This document shows positions 26,011 through 35,422 of a DNA stretch of 64,000 nucleotides, one piece after another (positions within the stretch are counted from its first letter, which is position 1; each line of letters starts with the position of its first letter). Below the pieces are notes generated by a model. That model did no database searches, was not told the origin of the DNA, and saw only the letters and a list, made by a program, of their open reading frames with translations. Made by a program: the position numbers and the translations under genes. Source of the stretch: an uncultured Actinomycetes bacterium (GTDB taxonomy: Bacteria; Actinomycetota; Thermoleophilia; Gaiellales; JAICJC01); assembly GCA_963794415.1 (NCBI GenBank), contig CAWCDI010000001.1, forward strand, positions 1,868,731 to 1,932,730, in the 5' to 3' direction.

Positions 26011-27666
26011 ATGAGCTCCATCCTGAGTGCCTTTCGAGGCGTCTTTGCAAACCGGGACCTCCGGCGGGTCGAGCTCGCCGCGATTGGCTCGGAGCTGGCC
26101 GCATTCTCGTTCCTGGTGGTGCTGGCGGTGGTCGCCTACCATGCGAGCGGAACCGGCGGCGTGGGCGTGCTCATGCTGGTGCGGATGATGGCCGCAGCGC
26201 TGACCACGCCGTTCACGTCGGCGTTCGCCGACCGGTATCCGCGAAAGCGCGTGATGATCGTCTCCAACCTGGCGTGCGCCGCGCTGATCATGGTGATCGC
26301 GCTGGCGGTCTCGCGCGACGTCGGCCTGCCCGGCCTCTGCGCGCTCGCGGCCGTGACCGCCATCTTCTCGAGCATCTTCCGGCCGGCCCAGGCGGCGCTT
26401 CTGCCGTCGCTTGCACGCACGCCGGAGGAGCTCACCGCGGCAAACGCCGTCGCGACCACCATCGAGGGCGTGGCGATCTTCTGCGGCCCCGGCATCGGCG
26501 GCATCCTGCTGGGCCTGAGCGGGCCCACCGCGACCTTCGCGTTCGCCTCGGCCGGCCTGATCTGGTCGGCGGCGCTCGTCACCCGGGTGCACGAGCCCGC
26601 GCGGGAGGCCGAGGAGGCCGCCGAGGACGCGCCGCCCACCTCACGGTTCCAGGAGGCGACCGCGGGCATCCGGACGCTCTGGCACCAGCCGTCGCTGATC
26701 GCCGTCGTCGGCGTCTACGCGGCGCAGACGGTGGTGGCGGGGGCGCTCGGCGTGTTCAACGTCGTGCTCGCGCTGCAGGTGTTCGACCTGGGAAACGCCG
26801 GCGTCGGCTACCTCGACTCGGCGTTCGGCGTGGGCGGCATCATCGGCGGCGTGCTGGCCGCGGGGCTTGCCGGGAGCCGGCGGCTGGGCGCGTGGTTCGC
26901 GCTGGGCGCGCTCACCTGGGGCATCGGCATCTCGCTGGTGGGCCTCGCGCCCACCACGCTGGTGGTGTTCGCGCTGCTGGCCGGGGTCGGCGTGGGCAAC
27001 ACCGTGATCGACGTGGCGGCGATCACGCTCATCCAGCGCTCTGCGCCGCCCGCGGTGCTCGCGCGCGTGTTCGGCATCATCGAGAGCGTGCTCCTCACCG
27101 GCCTCGGCGTGGGCTCCATCCTGGCGCCGGTCCTCATCTCGGTGCTCGGCGCCCGCACGGCGATCGTCGTCACCGGCCTGATCATCCCCGTGTCGGTCAT
27201 CTTCCTCGGCCGCCGCGTCCTGAGCCTCGACGAGGTGGGCAAGGAGCTGGTGCCGCTGGTGGAGCTGCTGCGCGGCACGTCGATCTTCGCGCCGCTTCCC
27301 CAGGCCACCCTCGAGCAGGTGGCCGGCCGCCTCGAGGCGCTGAAGGTGACCGCGGGCGAGACCGTGATCACCGAGGGCGATGCGGGCGACCGGTTCTACC
27401 TGGTCGCCTCGGGCGACGCGGCCATCCTGGCCCACGGCGAGCGGGTCGCGACCACCGGCGCCGGCGGGTTCTTCGGCGAGATCGCCCTCCTCCGCGACAC
27501 GCCGCGCACGGCGACGGTCATCGCCGACACCGACCTCGAGCTCTACACGCTCGAGCGCGAGGAGTTCCTGGCGGCGGTCACGGGCCACACGGAGAGCTCG
27601 GCCGAGGCCGACCTGGTCACGTCCCAGCGGCTGGCCGACCTACGCGGCACCGTCGCGGCCATCTAG
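26011..27666 (+). CDS. MFS transporter with C-terminal cyclic-nucleotide-binding domain
   Basis: Twelve TM with FADRYPRKRVM motif A; VITEGDAGDRFYLVASG...FFGEIALLRDTPRTATV phosphate-binding cassette. Confidence 0.93.
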   Translation: MSSILSAFRGVFANRDLRRVELAAIGSELAAFSFLVVLAVVAYHASGTGGVGVLMLVRMMAAALTTPFTSAFADRYPRKRVMIVSNLACAALIMVIALAVSRDVGLPGLCALAAVTAIFSSIFRPAQAALLPSLARTPEELTAANAVATTIEGVAIFCGPGIGGILLGLSGPTATFAFASAGLIWSAALVTRVHEPAREAEEAAEDAPPTSRFQEATAGIRTLWHQPSLIAVVGVYAAQTVVAGALGVFNVVLALQVFDLGNAGVGYLDSAFGVGGIIGGVLAAGLAGSRRLGAWFALGALTWGIGISLVGLAPTTLVVFALLAGVGVGNTVIDVAAITLIQRSAPPAVLARVFGIIESVLLTGLGVGSILAPVLISVLGARTAIVVTGLIIPVSVIFLGRRVLSLDEVGKELVPLVELLRGTSIFAPLPQATLEQVAGRLEALKVTAGETVITEGDAGDRFYLVASGDAAILAHGERVATTGAGGFFGEIALLRDTPRTATVIADTDLELYTLEREEFLAAVTGHTESSAEADLVTSQRLADLRGTVAAI

Positions 27667-27671
27667 GCCAT

Positions 27672-29081
27672 CTAGCGGAGCGCCGCCCCCACCTCGCGGG
27701 TGACGTCCACCAGCGCCCGCACGTCGTCGTCCGAGGTGCGGTAGTTGACCAGGCACGGGCGCAGGTAGACCTTGCCGTCGATCATGGCCGGCGCCACGTA
27801 CACGCGCCCGTCGTGCTGGAGCGCCGTGGTGAGCCGCGAGTTGTGCGCGTTCAGGTCGGCGACGCCCGCGGGCACGTGGCGAAACGGCACGATCGAGAGC
27901 GGCGGGTGCGTGTCCAGCAGCTCCAGGTCGGAGTACGCCGAGACCTCGCGCACCAGGAGGCGCGCCTGGTGCAGGTTGTGCGCGATCGCCTCGCGAAACG
28001 CCTCCGCGCCGTGGGCGCGAAACGCGAGCCACAGCTTGAGCGCGCGAAACGGGCGCGAGTACTCGAGCGTGGCATCCACCGCGTGGCGGCGCTGCTCCTG
28101 GTGGGGAAGGTAGTCCTCGTCATGCCCGAACGTCGTCTCGAGCGCCGTTGGGTGCCGCACCATCACCACGCCGCACGCCTTCGGCAGGTAGAGCCACTTG
28201 TGCGCGTCCAGGCTGGCCGAGTCGGCCCGCTCCAGCCCCGCGAACCGCTCGCGCATGTCGGGCACCGCGGCGGCGGCGAGCCCGTAGGCGCCGTCGATGT
28301 GCAGCCACACCCCGCGCGCGGCGCAGACGTCGGCGATGGCCGAGATGGGATCGATCGCGCCGGTGAGCGTGGTGCCGGCGGTGGCCACCACGGCGACCGG
28401 GATCACCCCGGCGGCGAGGTCGGCGTCGATCGCCGCGGCCAGGTCGCCGGCCCGCATGCGGCGGCGCTCGTCGATGGGCACCACCCGCACGCCGCGCGAG
28501 CCCATCCCGAGGATCTCCACCGCGCGCTCGATGGAGTAGTGCGCCTCGGCCGAGCAGTAGACGGCTGCGCGGCGGCCGAACAGCCCGTCGCGCCGCACGT
28601 CCGCAATCGCACGTTCGCGAGCGGCCGCAAGCGCGGTGAGATTCGAGATGGTGCCGCCGCTCGTGAAGGCGCCTGCAGCGACCGGATAGCCGATGAGCTC
28701 GCCCACCCAGCGCACGGCCTGCTCCTCGATCTCGGTTGCCGCACCGGCGTACACCGCCAGGTTGGGATCGAAGCACGAGGCGAGCGCGTCGCCGATCACG
28801 CCGATCTCGAGCCCCGAGGAGCCGACGAAGGCGAAGTACCGCGGCCGCGGCTGGGCGATGCTCTCGTCCAGGATGCGGGCGGCGTCCTCGAGCACCTGCT
28901 CGGCGGCAGTCGGCGCCTCGGGAAGCGGCGAGGCCAGGAGCGCGCGCACGTCCGCATCGACGTCCGGCTGTCCCGGCCGGGCATGGTCGAAACCCCTCCA
29001 CGCCTCGGCGATGAGCGCCACCGCCCGCTCGAGCACCTGCTCGCGCGGGGCATCGAGCCGCAAGGACGGCTGGCTGCTCAC
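27672..29081 (-). CDS. Group II PLP-dependent decarboxylase (aromatic amino acid / diaminobutyrate decarboxylase family)
   Basis: FTSGGTISNL, EAHYS, TAGTTLTGAIDP, WLHIDGAYG, SLDAHKWLY (PLP Lys), RALKLW. Confidence 0.93.
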   Translation of the reverse strand: MSSQPSLRLDAPREQVLERAVALIAEAWRGFDHARPGQPDVDADVRALLASPLPEAPTAAEQVLEDAARILDESIAQPRPRYFAFVGSSGLEIGVIGDALASCFDPNLAVYAGAATEIEEQAVRWVGELIGYPVAAGAFTSGGTISNLTALAAARERAIADVRRDGLFGRRAAVYCSAEAHYSIERAVEILGMGSRGVRVVPIDERRRMRAGDLAAAIDADLAAGVIPVAVVATAGTTLTGAIDPISAIADVCAARGVWLHIDGAYGLAAAAVPDMRERFAGLERADSASLDAHKWLYLPKACGVVMVRHPTALETTFGHDEDYLPHQEQRRHAVDATLEYSRPFRALKLWLAFRAHGAEAFREAIAHNLHQARLLVREVSAYSDLELLDTHPPLSIVPFRHVPAGVADLNAHNSRLTTALQHDGRVYVAPAMIDGKVYLRPCLVNYRTSDDDVRALVDVTREVGAALR

Positions 29082-29082
29082 G

Positions 29083-29304
29083 TCACTGCTTGACGCGTGC
29101 GAACCGCAACGCGCCGGTGAACGACTGCCCGACCACTCTGGCAGCTCGTTTGCGACGGCTCACCTGAGGCCGCCACGGGGCAAGCGGAAGCTCCGCCAGC
29201 TCAGTGATGACCTGGCGGCGCAGACGCGACACCTCGTCGTGCAATTCATGCATACGGTCTCCCGACACCTGCCTGTCGATAACCGATCGCTGGGAGTGTG
29301 ACAT
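29083..29304 (-). CDS. Possible small hypothetical protein
   Basis: 73-aa ORF ending 1 nt before the decarboxylase start; no motif recognised. Confidence 0.3.
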   Translation of the reverse strand: MSHSQRSVIDRQVSGDRMHELHDEVSRLRRQVITELAELPLAPWRPQVSRRKRAARVVGQSFTGALRFARVKQ

Positions 29305-29404
29305 ATGGAGCGGATGTCTGTCCCCAGCATCGTCACTAAAAGGACGCATCACCGACAGTTCGTCCTGCGCGATCGGACTCCTGCCTGTAAGGTGCGAAGT
29401 CGCA

Positions 29405-29773
29405 ATGGGAGTCCTCAGCATCGATCACGTCAACCACTATCCGGCACTGCTGGAGGCACGGCGAGACGGCTCGGGCGAGGTGAGCAAGGTGCTCGCAAGC
29501 TGCGATCCGCGCACCCCGAGCGCCCTCAGCGTGCAGCTCGCCACGCTCTGGACGACGGTCACGCTGTCGCTCCCCGAGCTCGAGCGGCTGCTGCGCGTGC
29601 CCTCGCGCCAGGTGATCCTCACGGGCGACCCCGGACGCGGCGCCATCTACCTGCCCACCGAGCAGGCCGGCGGGCTTCTGAAGTGGATGCACCAGCTCGA
29701 TCAGGAGCGCACGCAGCCGCCCGCCAACCGCGCGGTGCCGCCGGGCGCGCAGCCCGGCACCAGCCACTCCTAG
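29405..29773 (+). CDS. Hypothetical protein
   Basis: GC-rich third positions; TAAGGT -10 upstream; no recognised motif. Confidence 0.6.
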   Translation: MGVLSIDHVNHYPALLEARRDGSGEVSKVLASCDPRTPSALSVQLATLWTTVTLSLPELERLLRVPSRQVILTGDPGRGAIYLPTEQAGGLLKWMHQLDQERTQPPANRAVPPGAQPGTSHS

Positions 29774-29788
29774 CCGGGCGCCTGCCGG

Positions 29789-30421
29789 TCAGTCCTGGTG
29801 GCGCTCGCCGGCTTCGACGGCGGTCGGGAGCCGGCTGGAAGCGGGCGCGAGCGGGCACGTCCAGTCCGGGTTGTACGAGCACGATGGGTTGTAGGCGAAG
29901 TTGAAGTCGAGCACCATGCGCCCGTCCGCCTCACCCAGGTCTGCGCCCTTCACGGTGTCCAGCAGGTAGCGGCCGCCGCCGTAGGTCGCCCGTCCGCTGG
30001 TGGCGTCGGAGAACGGCAGCAGGATCCCGCCCGCATAGCCGGTGAGCCAGTAGAGCGGCAGGGCGCACTCGTCGTCGCCGAGCGTGAACCGGGCGTCGGC
30101 GAAGTGCACCGCGGCGACGCGCGAGCCGGTGGACGTGTCGATCTGGGTCTCCTGCTCGTCCACCGCCACGACGTCGGCGAGCACCCGCAGCTCGGGGTCG
30201 TACGGGAAGTAGTCGAGGCCGGTGAAGCCGTCGAGGCCCTCTGCGTCGAGCGCCGTCTGCGGGTGCTCGGCAAACAGGCGGTCGCGCACCCGCCGCCACT
30301 CGTGCCACGCCTCGTCGGGATCGTCGCTCGCGCGGATCAGGGCATAGAGCTCGAAGATCTGGCGCCGCCAATCGGCCAGCTCGAGCTGCATCGTCTGGGT
30401 GGGAGTCGCGGGCATCTGCAT
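29789..30421 (-). CDS. DUF1684 domain protein
   Basis: GLDYFPYDP, FSDATSGRATYGGGRYL, LDFNFAYNPSCSYNPDWTCPLAP. Confidence 0.92.
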   Translation of the reverse strand: MQMPATPTQTMQLELADWRRQIFELYALIRASDDPDEAWHEWRRVRDRLFAEHPQTALDAEGLDGFTGLDYFPYDPELRVLADVVAVDEQETQIDTSTGSRVAAVHFADARFTLGDDECALPLYWLTGYAGGILLPFSDATSGRATYGGGRYLLDTVKGADLGEADGRMVLDFNFAYNPSCSYNPDWTCPLAPASSRLPTAVEAGERHQD

Positions 30422-30441
30422 ACAAGAACGCCACGTACCCC

Positions 30442-31590
30442 CTATCGGATTCCCTGAACCCCCAGCACGAGCACGGCAGAGTCGTCCTGCGGCACCTCAT
30501 CGGCGAAGTCCTGCGACGCCGTGCCGAGCGTGGCGGCCATCTCGGGAGCGCTCTCGCCGGCGTGCTGCAGCACCAGCGCCTCGAGCCGCTCGTCGCCAAA
30601 CCGCTGCCGCGCCCCGCGCCGGTCGGGAATGCCGTCCGTCCAGAGCACCAGGGCGTCGCCGGGGCGCATCAGCGCGACCTGCTCGGACACCGAGATCTGC
30701 TCCCAGATGCCGAGGAGCGTCCCGGGCCGGCCGACCTCCTCCCCGGTGCCGTCGGCCCGTACCAGGAGCGGCGGCGGATGGCCGCCGCACGCCACGGTCA
30801 CCTCATACCCCTCGGGATGCACGCGGCCGCGCACCACCAGCGCCGTGCAGAACTGCCCGGTGCCGATGCGCCGGCGGATGGCGTCGTTCACGATCTGGAG
30901 CACCTCGGCCGGCGGCTGCTCGAGCATCGAGGCTGTGCGGATGGTGTGGCGCGCGAGCGCGGTGACCGCCGCGGCCGTGGGGCCCTTGCCGCAGACGTCG
31001 CCGATGGTCGCGCCGAACGTCTCGGGCGTCACCTGCCACACGTCGTAGAAGTCCCCGCCCAGCACGGTGCCCTCGCCGGCGGGCCGAAACCACGCGCCGA
31101 TGTCCACCCTGGGGATCTCCGGAAGCCGCTCGGGCAGCAGGCTCTGCTGCAGCGAGGAGGCCACGAACTGGGCTGACTCGTTGGCGCGGCTCAGATCGCC
31201 GAAGGCCCGGTCGAGCCGACCGCGCAAATAGTCCACCGCCGCGCCCGTGCCGAACCCGATCACGAACCAGAGGAGGATCGACGGCAGCCCGTAGGCCGAC
31301 ACGTCGTTGCCCGACGACGCCGCGAGGACGTCGAACATCGCGGCGTTCACCACGCCCACGATGCCGCCGGAGTAGCGGCCGCCGAAGAGGCCGCAGGCGA
31401 TCGCCGCCGTGATCCCGAGCGCGCTCGGCACGCCGGCCAGGTTGTGGATGCTGTCGGTCTGCCACACCACGAGCAGGACGATCGCCTCGGCGACGATGCC
31501 GGCGACCGTGACCATCACCTGCCTGCGGCGGTCGGGCGGCTCGGCCAGCATCGCCAGGGGGATGGCGCGGCGGGAGGAGGGAACCGTCAT
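30442..31590 (-). CDS. Membrane-bound PP2C/SpoIIE-type phosphatase
   Basis: N-terminal TMs; LQQSLLP, GGDFYD, IGDVCGKG, CGGHPPP, WTDGI, QDDSAVL. Confidence 0.92.
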   Translation of the reverse strand: MTVPSSRRAIPLAMLAEPPDRRRQVMVTVAGIVAEAIVLLVVWQTDSIHNLAGVPSALGITAAIACGLFGGRYSGGIVGVVNAAMFDVLAASSGNDVSAYGLPSILLWFVIGFGTGAAVDYLRGRLDRAFGDLSRANESAQFVASSLQQSLLPERLPEIPRVDIGAWFRPAGEGTVLGGDFYDVWQVTPETFGATIGDVCGKGPTAAAVTALARHTIRTASMLEQPPAEVLQIVNDAIRRRIGTGQFCTALVVRGRVHPEGYEVTVACGGHPPPLLVRADGTGEEVGRPGTLLGIWEQISVSEQVALMRPGDALVLWTDGIPDRRGARQRFGDERLEALVLQHAGESAPEMAATLGTASQDFADEVPQDDSAVLVLGVQGIR

Positions 31591-31599
31591 CCCGGCAAA

Positions 31600-31942
31600 T
31601 TATCGCATCGAGCTTGCGCGCCGCGCCGTGGCCGATCAGCGCGCTTGCCGCGAGCATCGCGCCCGTGACCGCTGCGCCGAGCACGCGCCGGCTGCGCGGC
31701 GGCGCCGGCGGCTCGCTCTTGATCTCGTTCAGGCGGTGCGCCGCCCCGCTCAGGGCGAGCCCGGCGATGATCACGTTCTGGCGCACCTCGGGGTCGCGCA
31801 CCAGGCTGTTGGCGGTACGCGCTGTGCGCACGCTGCGGATGACCGTGCGGGGCCGGCGGGCCAGCTTGAAGCCGGTGCGCACCACCAGGCGCGGGTGGTT
31901 CCGGGCGAATTTGAGGCCGTGTGAGTACATCCAGGAGTCCAT
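31600..31942 (-). CDS. Small hypothetical membrane-anchored protein; in-frame stop probably lost to an indel
   Basis: MDSWMYSHGLKFAR... reads as coding up to a C-terminal hydrophobic helix, then runs on into the next gene; an out-of-frame TAA lies at about 31600. Confidence 0.4.
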
Positions 31943-32037
31943 GTCGAGTGGCAGGATCGCACATCCGGCGCACATCTGGGCTACGGAAACCGGCTCGACA
32001 CGTCGAATACCGCCTTAGACTCCTTTGCAGGACTTCA

Positions 32038-33745
32038 TGCAGACCAGCTCACGACAGACATCCGACCTCGCTCCCCGCCTCTGGGTGGCTCCGGCGTCGG
32101 CCCTGATCGCAGCGGTCACCGCGCTCGCGTCGCTGGTCTCGGCGCTCTCGCCCACCATGGCGTGGCGCGGCCACGTGATCGCCGACTACGGCCTGGTGCA
32201 GGTGGCGGCGGTCTTCCACGCCGCCGTCGTGCCGCTGGCAACCGCGCTGCTGCTCGCGTCGTACTACCTCTGGCGCAGGCGCCGCCGGGCGTTTGCCGCC
32301 GCCTTCGTGATGCTCATCGCGATCGGCTTCTTCAACATCTTCAAGGGCCTCGACGTGGGCGAGGCGCTCCTCGCGTGGTCGGGCGCCGGCGTGATGTGGT
32401 GGGGCCGCAGGGCGTTCACCGTCGAGCCCGGCCCCGTGAGGCTCAGCGCGTCCATCGCCACTGCGGCGGCCGCGCTCGGGGTGACCGTGGGCGTGACGTT
32501 CGTGTCGGCCTGGTCGGCCGCCAGCGGACCGCCCGGAGCTGGGCGTGGTGGCCCGGGCATCGCTCGACATGTTCCTGTGGCAGGACCCGCCCATGCGGAA
32601 TTGCCGACAACCTGCGGTTCGTGCCCCAGGCCCTCGGCGTGGTCTCGCTCCTCGGCGTGATCCTGGCCGCGCGGGCGCTCTTCCGGCCGCTGCCCTCGCT
32701 CGTGCCGCTGCCCGATCTGGCCGAGCGGGCCCGCGCCGCCGACGTCATCCGCCGCCACGGCCACGACACCCTCTCGTTCTTCAAGCTGCGCCAGGACAAG
32801 CACTACCTCTGGAGCGAGGATCACCGCGCATTCGTCGGCTACCGCTCCGAGAGCGGCGTGATGCTCATCTCCGGCGACGCCGTCGGGCCGCCCGAGTCGG
32901 TGCGCCCGCTGATGCAGGACGCCGCCGAGCACGCAGCGCGCCGCGGGCTTCGCCTCGCGGTCGTGGGTGCCAGCCGCCAGATGCGCGACACGTGCGCCGA
33001 GGTGGGCATGAAGTCGCTCTACATCGGCGACGAGGCGCTGGTCGATACCAGGAGCTTCTCGCTGGAGGGCAGGCCCATCCGCAAGGTGCGCCAGTCGGTC
33101 AACCGGCTCGCATCGGCCGGCTACACCACCGAGGCGCTCTCCCCCGCCGACGCATCTCCGCAGCTCCTCGAGGAGCTGAACGAGGTCTCCGCCGAGTGGC
33201 GCAAGGGCGCGCCCGAGCGGGGCTTCTCGATGGCGCTCGACTGCGTCTCGAGCCACGGCCAGCCCGACACGCTGCTCGTCATCACGCGCGCGCCCGACGG
33301 GCACCTCGCCGGGTTCATCCACCTGGTGCCGTCGTTCGGGCCGGCGGCGATGTCGCTCGAGCGGATGCGGCGGCTGCCGGACGAGCCCAACGGCCTCATG
33401 GAGTTCCTCGTGGTGCGCACGATCCAGCTCCTGCGCGACCGCGGCGTGGATGAGCTCTCGCTCAACTTCGCCGCCTTCGGCCAGTTCCTGCGCGCGCCGG
33501 GCAACCGCTTCCAGGCGCTCCTGGCGGCGGGTCTTCGGTTCTTCGACCGCTGGTTCCAGATCCAGCGGCTGCAGCGGTTCAACGCCAAGTTCTTCCCGCG
33601 CTGGCAGCCCCGCTACCTGATCTACCCCTCCACCGCGGCCCTGCCGCGCTGCGCGCTTGCAGTGCTCTGGGCCGAGGGCCAGGCGCCCAAGCCGGCGCTG
33701 CCCGCCCCCGTCACGGCGCGGCTGCGCGTGACGTCTGGTCACTGA
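32038..33745 (+). CDS. Phosphatidylglycerol lysyltransferase (MprF/LysX-like, DUF2156), two apparent +1 frameshifts at ~32530-32610
   Basis: LWRRRRRA, KGLDVGEA; DTLSFFKLRQDK, GDAVGP, YIGDEA, ERGFSMAL, NGLMEFL, SLNFA, RFNAKFFPRWQPRY, spread over three successive frames. Confidence 0.85.
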
Positions 33746-34196
33746 GCAGGTCGCGCCACTCGCGCGCCTTCTCGACGTTCCAGGCGATCCAGAAGCAGAG
33801 TGCGGCCAGCGGCAGCTCGGCGAAGGCCGCCGAGACCACGGCCACGGTGGCCTGGCTGCCGGTGTCGGACGTCAGCACGTCGAACCACGCGTCGCAGATC
33901 AGCATCGTGCCGGTGATGGTGGCGGCGATCGCGATCCAGCGCGCGCGCCGGAACGCGCCGATGGCCGTCGCCAGGATCGCAAGCGCGAGCACGATGTCGA
34001 AGCCCACCCAGACCGCCGACCAGTGCGCTGCGTGGTGGCGGTCGGGCAACGTCACGGCGAGGTAGAGCGTCCAGGGAACGAGGCCCAGCGCGACCACCAC
34101 GAGCATCGTCCCCAGGATCATCCGCAGACGCCGGCGCCGCTCGGTAGTGCGGGCCAGCTGTTCGGTGGCTACCGGAGTGGGATCCTCGACCTCCAC
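33711..34196 (-). CDS. Actinobacterial membrane protein
   Basis: LVPWTLYLAVTLP, WSAVWVGFD, LICDAWFDV, AELPLA; start uncertain. Confidence 0.75.
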   Translation of the reverse strand: MEVEDPTPVATEQLARTTERRRRLRMILGTMLVVVALGLVPWTLYLAVTLPDRHHAAHWSAVWVGFDIVLALAILATAIGAFRRARWIAIAATITGTMLICDAWFDVLTSDTGSQATVAVVSAAFAELPLAALCFWIAWNVEKAREWRDLLSDQTSRAAAP

Positions 34197-34204
34197 GACA
34201 TCTC

Positions 34205-35386
34205 TCAGAGTAGCGTCAGCGTCCTCGGGATCCTCGACATGATCTCGATGCCAGTCTCGGTCATCAAAAGCGTTTCCATGTAGGAGGCCGTGATGCCGGT
34301 CTCCGAGTCGAACACGATGTTCTCGTAGTTGGTCGTGTAGCCAGGTTCCCATGTGAACTTCTGGTAGGCGTTGTTGTCGAGATACGTGTGGCCTACCCAT
34401 GACGGCGGGAAGGCAATCCCGAGCGCGTAGCCGCCGACCCACCACACCTGATCGCGCGAGAACCGCGAGAACACGTGCTCCTCGGCGATCTTCTGGGCCA
34501 CGTCGAGCGGGTCGCCGGGCTTCACCGCCGCCTTCACCTTCTCGACGCTCTGCGACGTGTACTCGAGGATCTCGCGCGCCTGCGGGTTGTCCTCGCCGAT
34601 GGCAAACGTGCGGCAGACATCCACGTGGTAGCGGTTGTAGACACCGGCGGCATCGACGTACATGACGTCGCCCACCTCAACGGGCCGGCGGGTGGGCGCG
34701 AAGTGCGTCTGGCACCAGACCAGCGGCCCGGCCGACACCATCGTGCGCACGCCGGAGTGCTCGCCGCCCTGCTCGGCCATCGCGAACTCGAGCCGGCCGG
34801 CGATCTCGATCTCGGTCATCCCCGGGCGCACGAAGCCGGGCAGCTGTGCGAAGGCGTTATCGACGATCTCGGACGCCTTTCGCACGCACTCGAGCTCTGC
34901 GGGCGACTTGGTGAGCCGCACGCGATCGACCACCCAGTCGCCGTCCACCACCTCGGCGCCGCGCTCGGCGAGGCCCTCGGCGACGGCGGTCACCAGCGGC
35001 CCGGCGGGAGCGACGGTGTGCCACTCGATGCCGACCGTGCCCTTTGTCCAGCCCCTGTCAACGAACACGCCGAAGACCGTCTCGAGCGCACCGGCGTAGT
35101 CGATGAACACCGTCTCGTCCCAGTGCGCGGCGTTCAGCGCGTGGTTCTGGTGACGCTCGTAGTCGATGAAGACGAGGCCCGGCTCGGCGACGCGCAGCAC
35201 GGCTCCGAGAGGGGCTCGCGGCGGGTACCAGATCGACTCGAAGCCGGTGAGGTAGTTGAGGTTCGCGGGGCTCATGACGTAGAGGACGTCGATGCCGCGG
35301 CGCGACATCTCGTCGCGCACGCGCTGCTCGCGGTCGCGGTACTCGGCGAGCTCGAACGGAAGGCGGGAGTAACGGGTTTCTGGCAT
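34205..35386 (-). CDS. M24 / creatinase-like amidohydrolase (ectoine hydrolase DoeA-like)
   Basis: NLNYLTGF, VRLTKSPAELE, RYHVDVCRT, GYALGIAFPPSW; TACGAT -10 before ATG. Confidence 0.85.
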   Translation of the reverse strand: MPETRYSRLPFELAEYRDREQRVRDEMSRRGIDVLYVMSPANLNYLTGFESIWYPPRAPLGAVLRVAEPGLVFIDYERHQNHALNAAHWDETVFIDYAGALETVFGVFVDRGWTKGTVGIEWHTVAPAGPLVTAVAEGLAERGAEVVDGDWVVDRVRLTKSPAELECVRKASEIVDNAFAQLPGFVRPGMTEIEIAGRLEFAMAEQGGEHSGVRTMVSAGPLVWCQTHFAPTRRPVEVGDVMYVDAAGVYNRYHVDVCRTFAIGEDNPQAREILEYTSQSVEKVKAAVKPGDPLDVAQKIAEEHVFSRFSRDQVWWVGGYALGIAFPPSWVGHTYLDNNAYQKFTWEPGYTTNYENIVFDSETGITASYMETLLMTETGIEIMSRIPRTLTLL

Positions 35387-35422
35387 GCCGGTGATCGTAC
35401 TGTCTAGACTCGGGCGGTCGCC

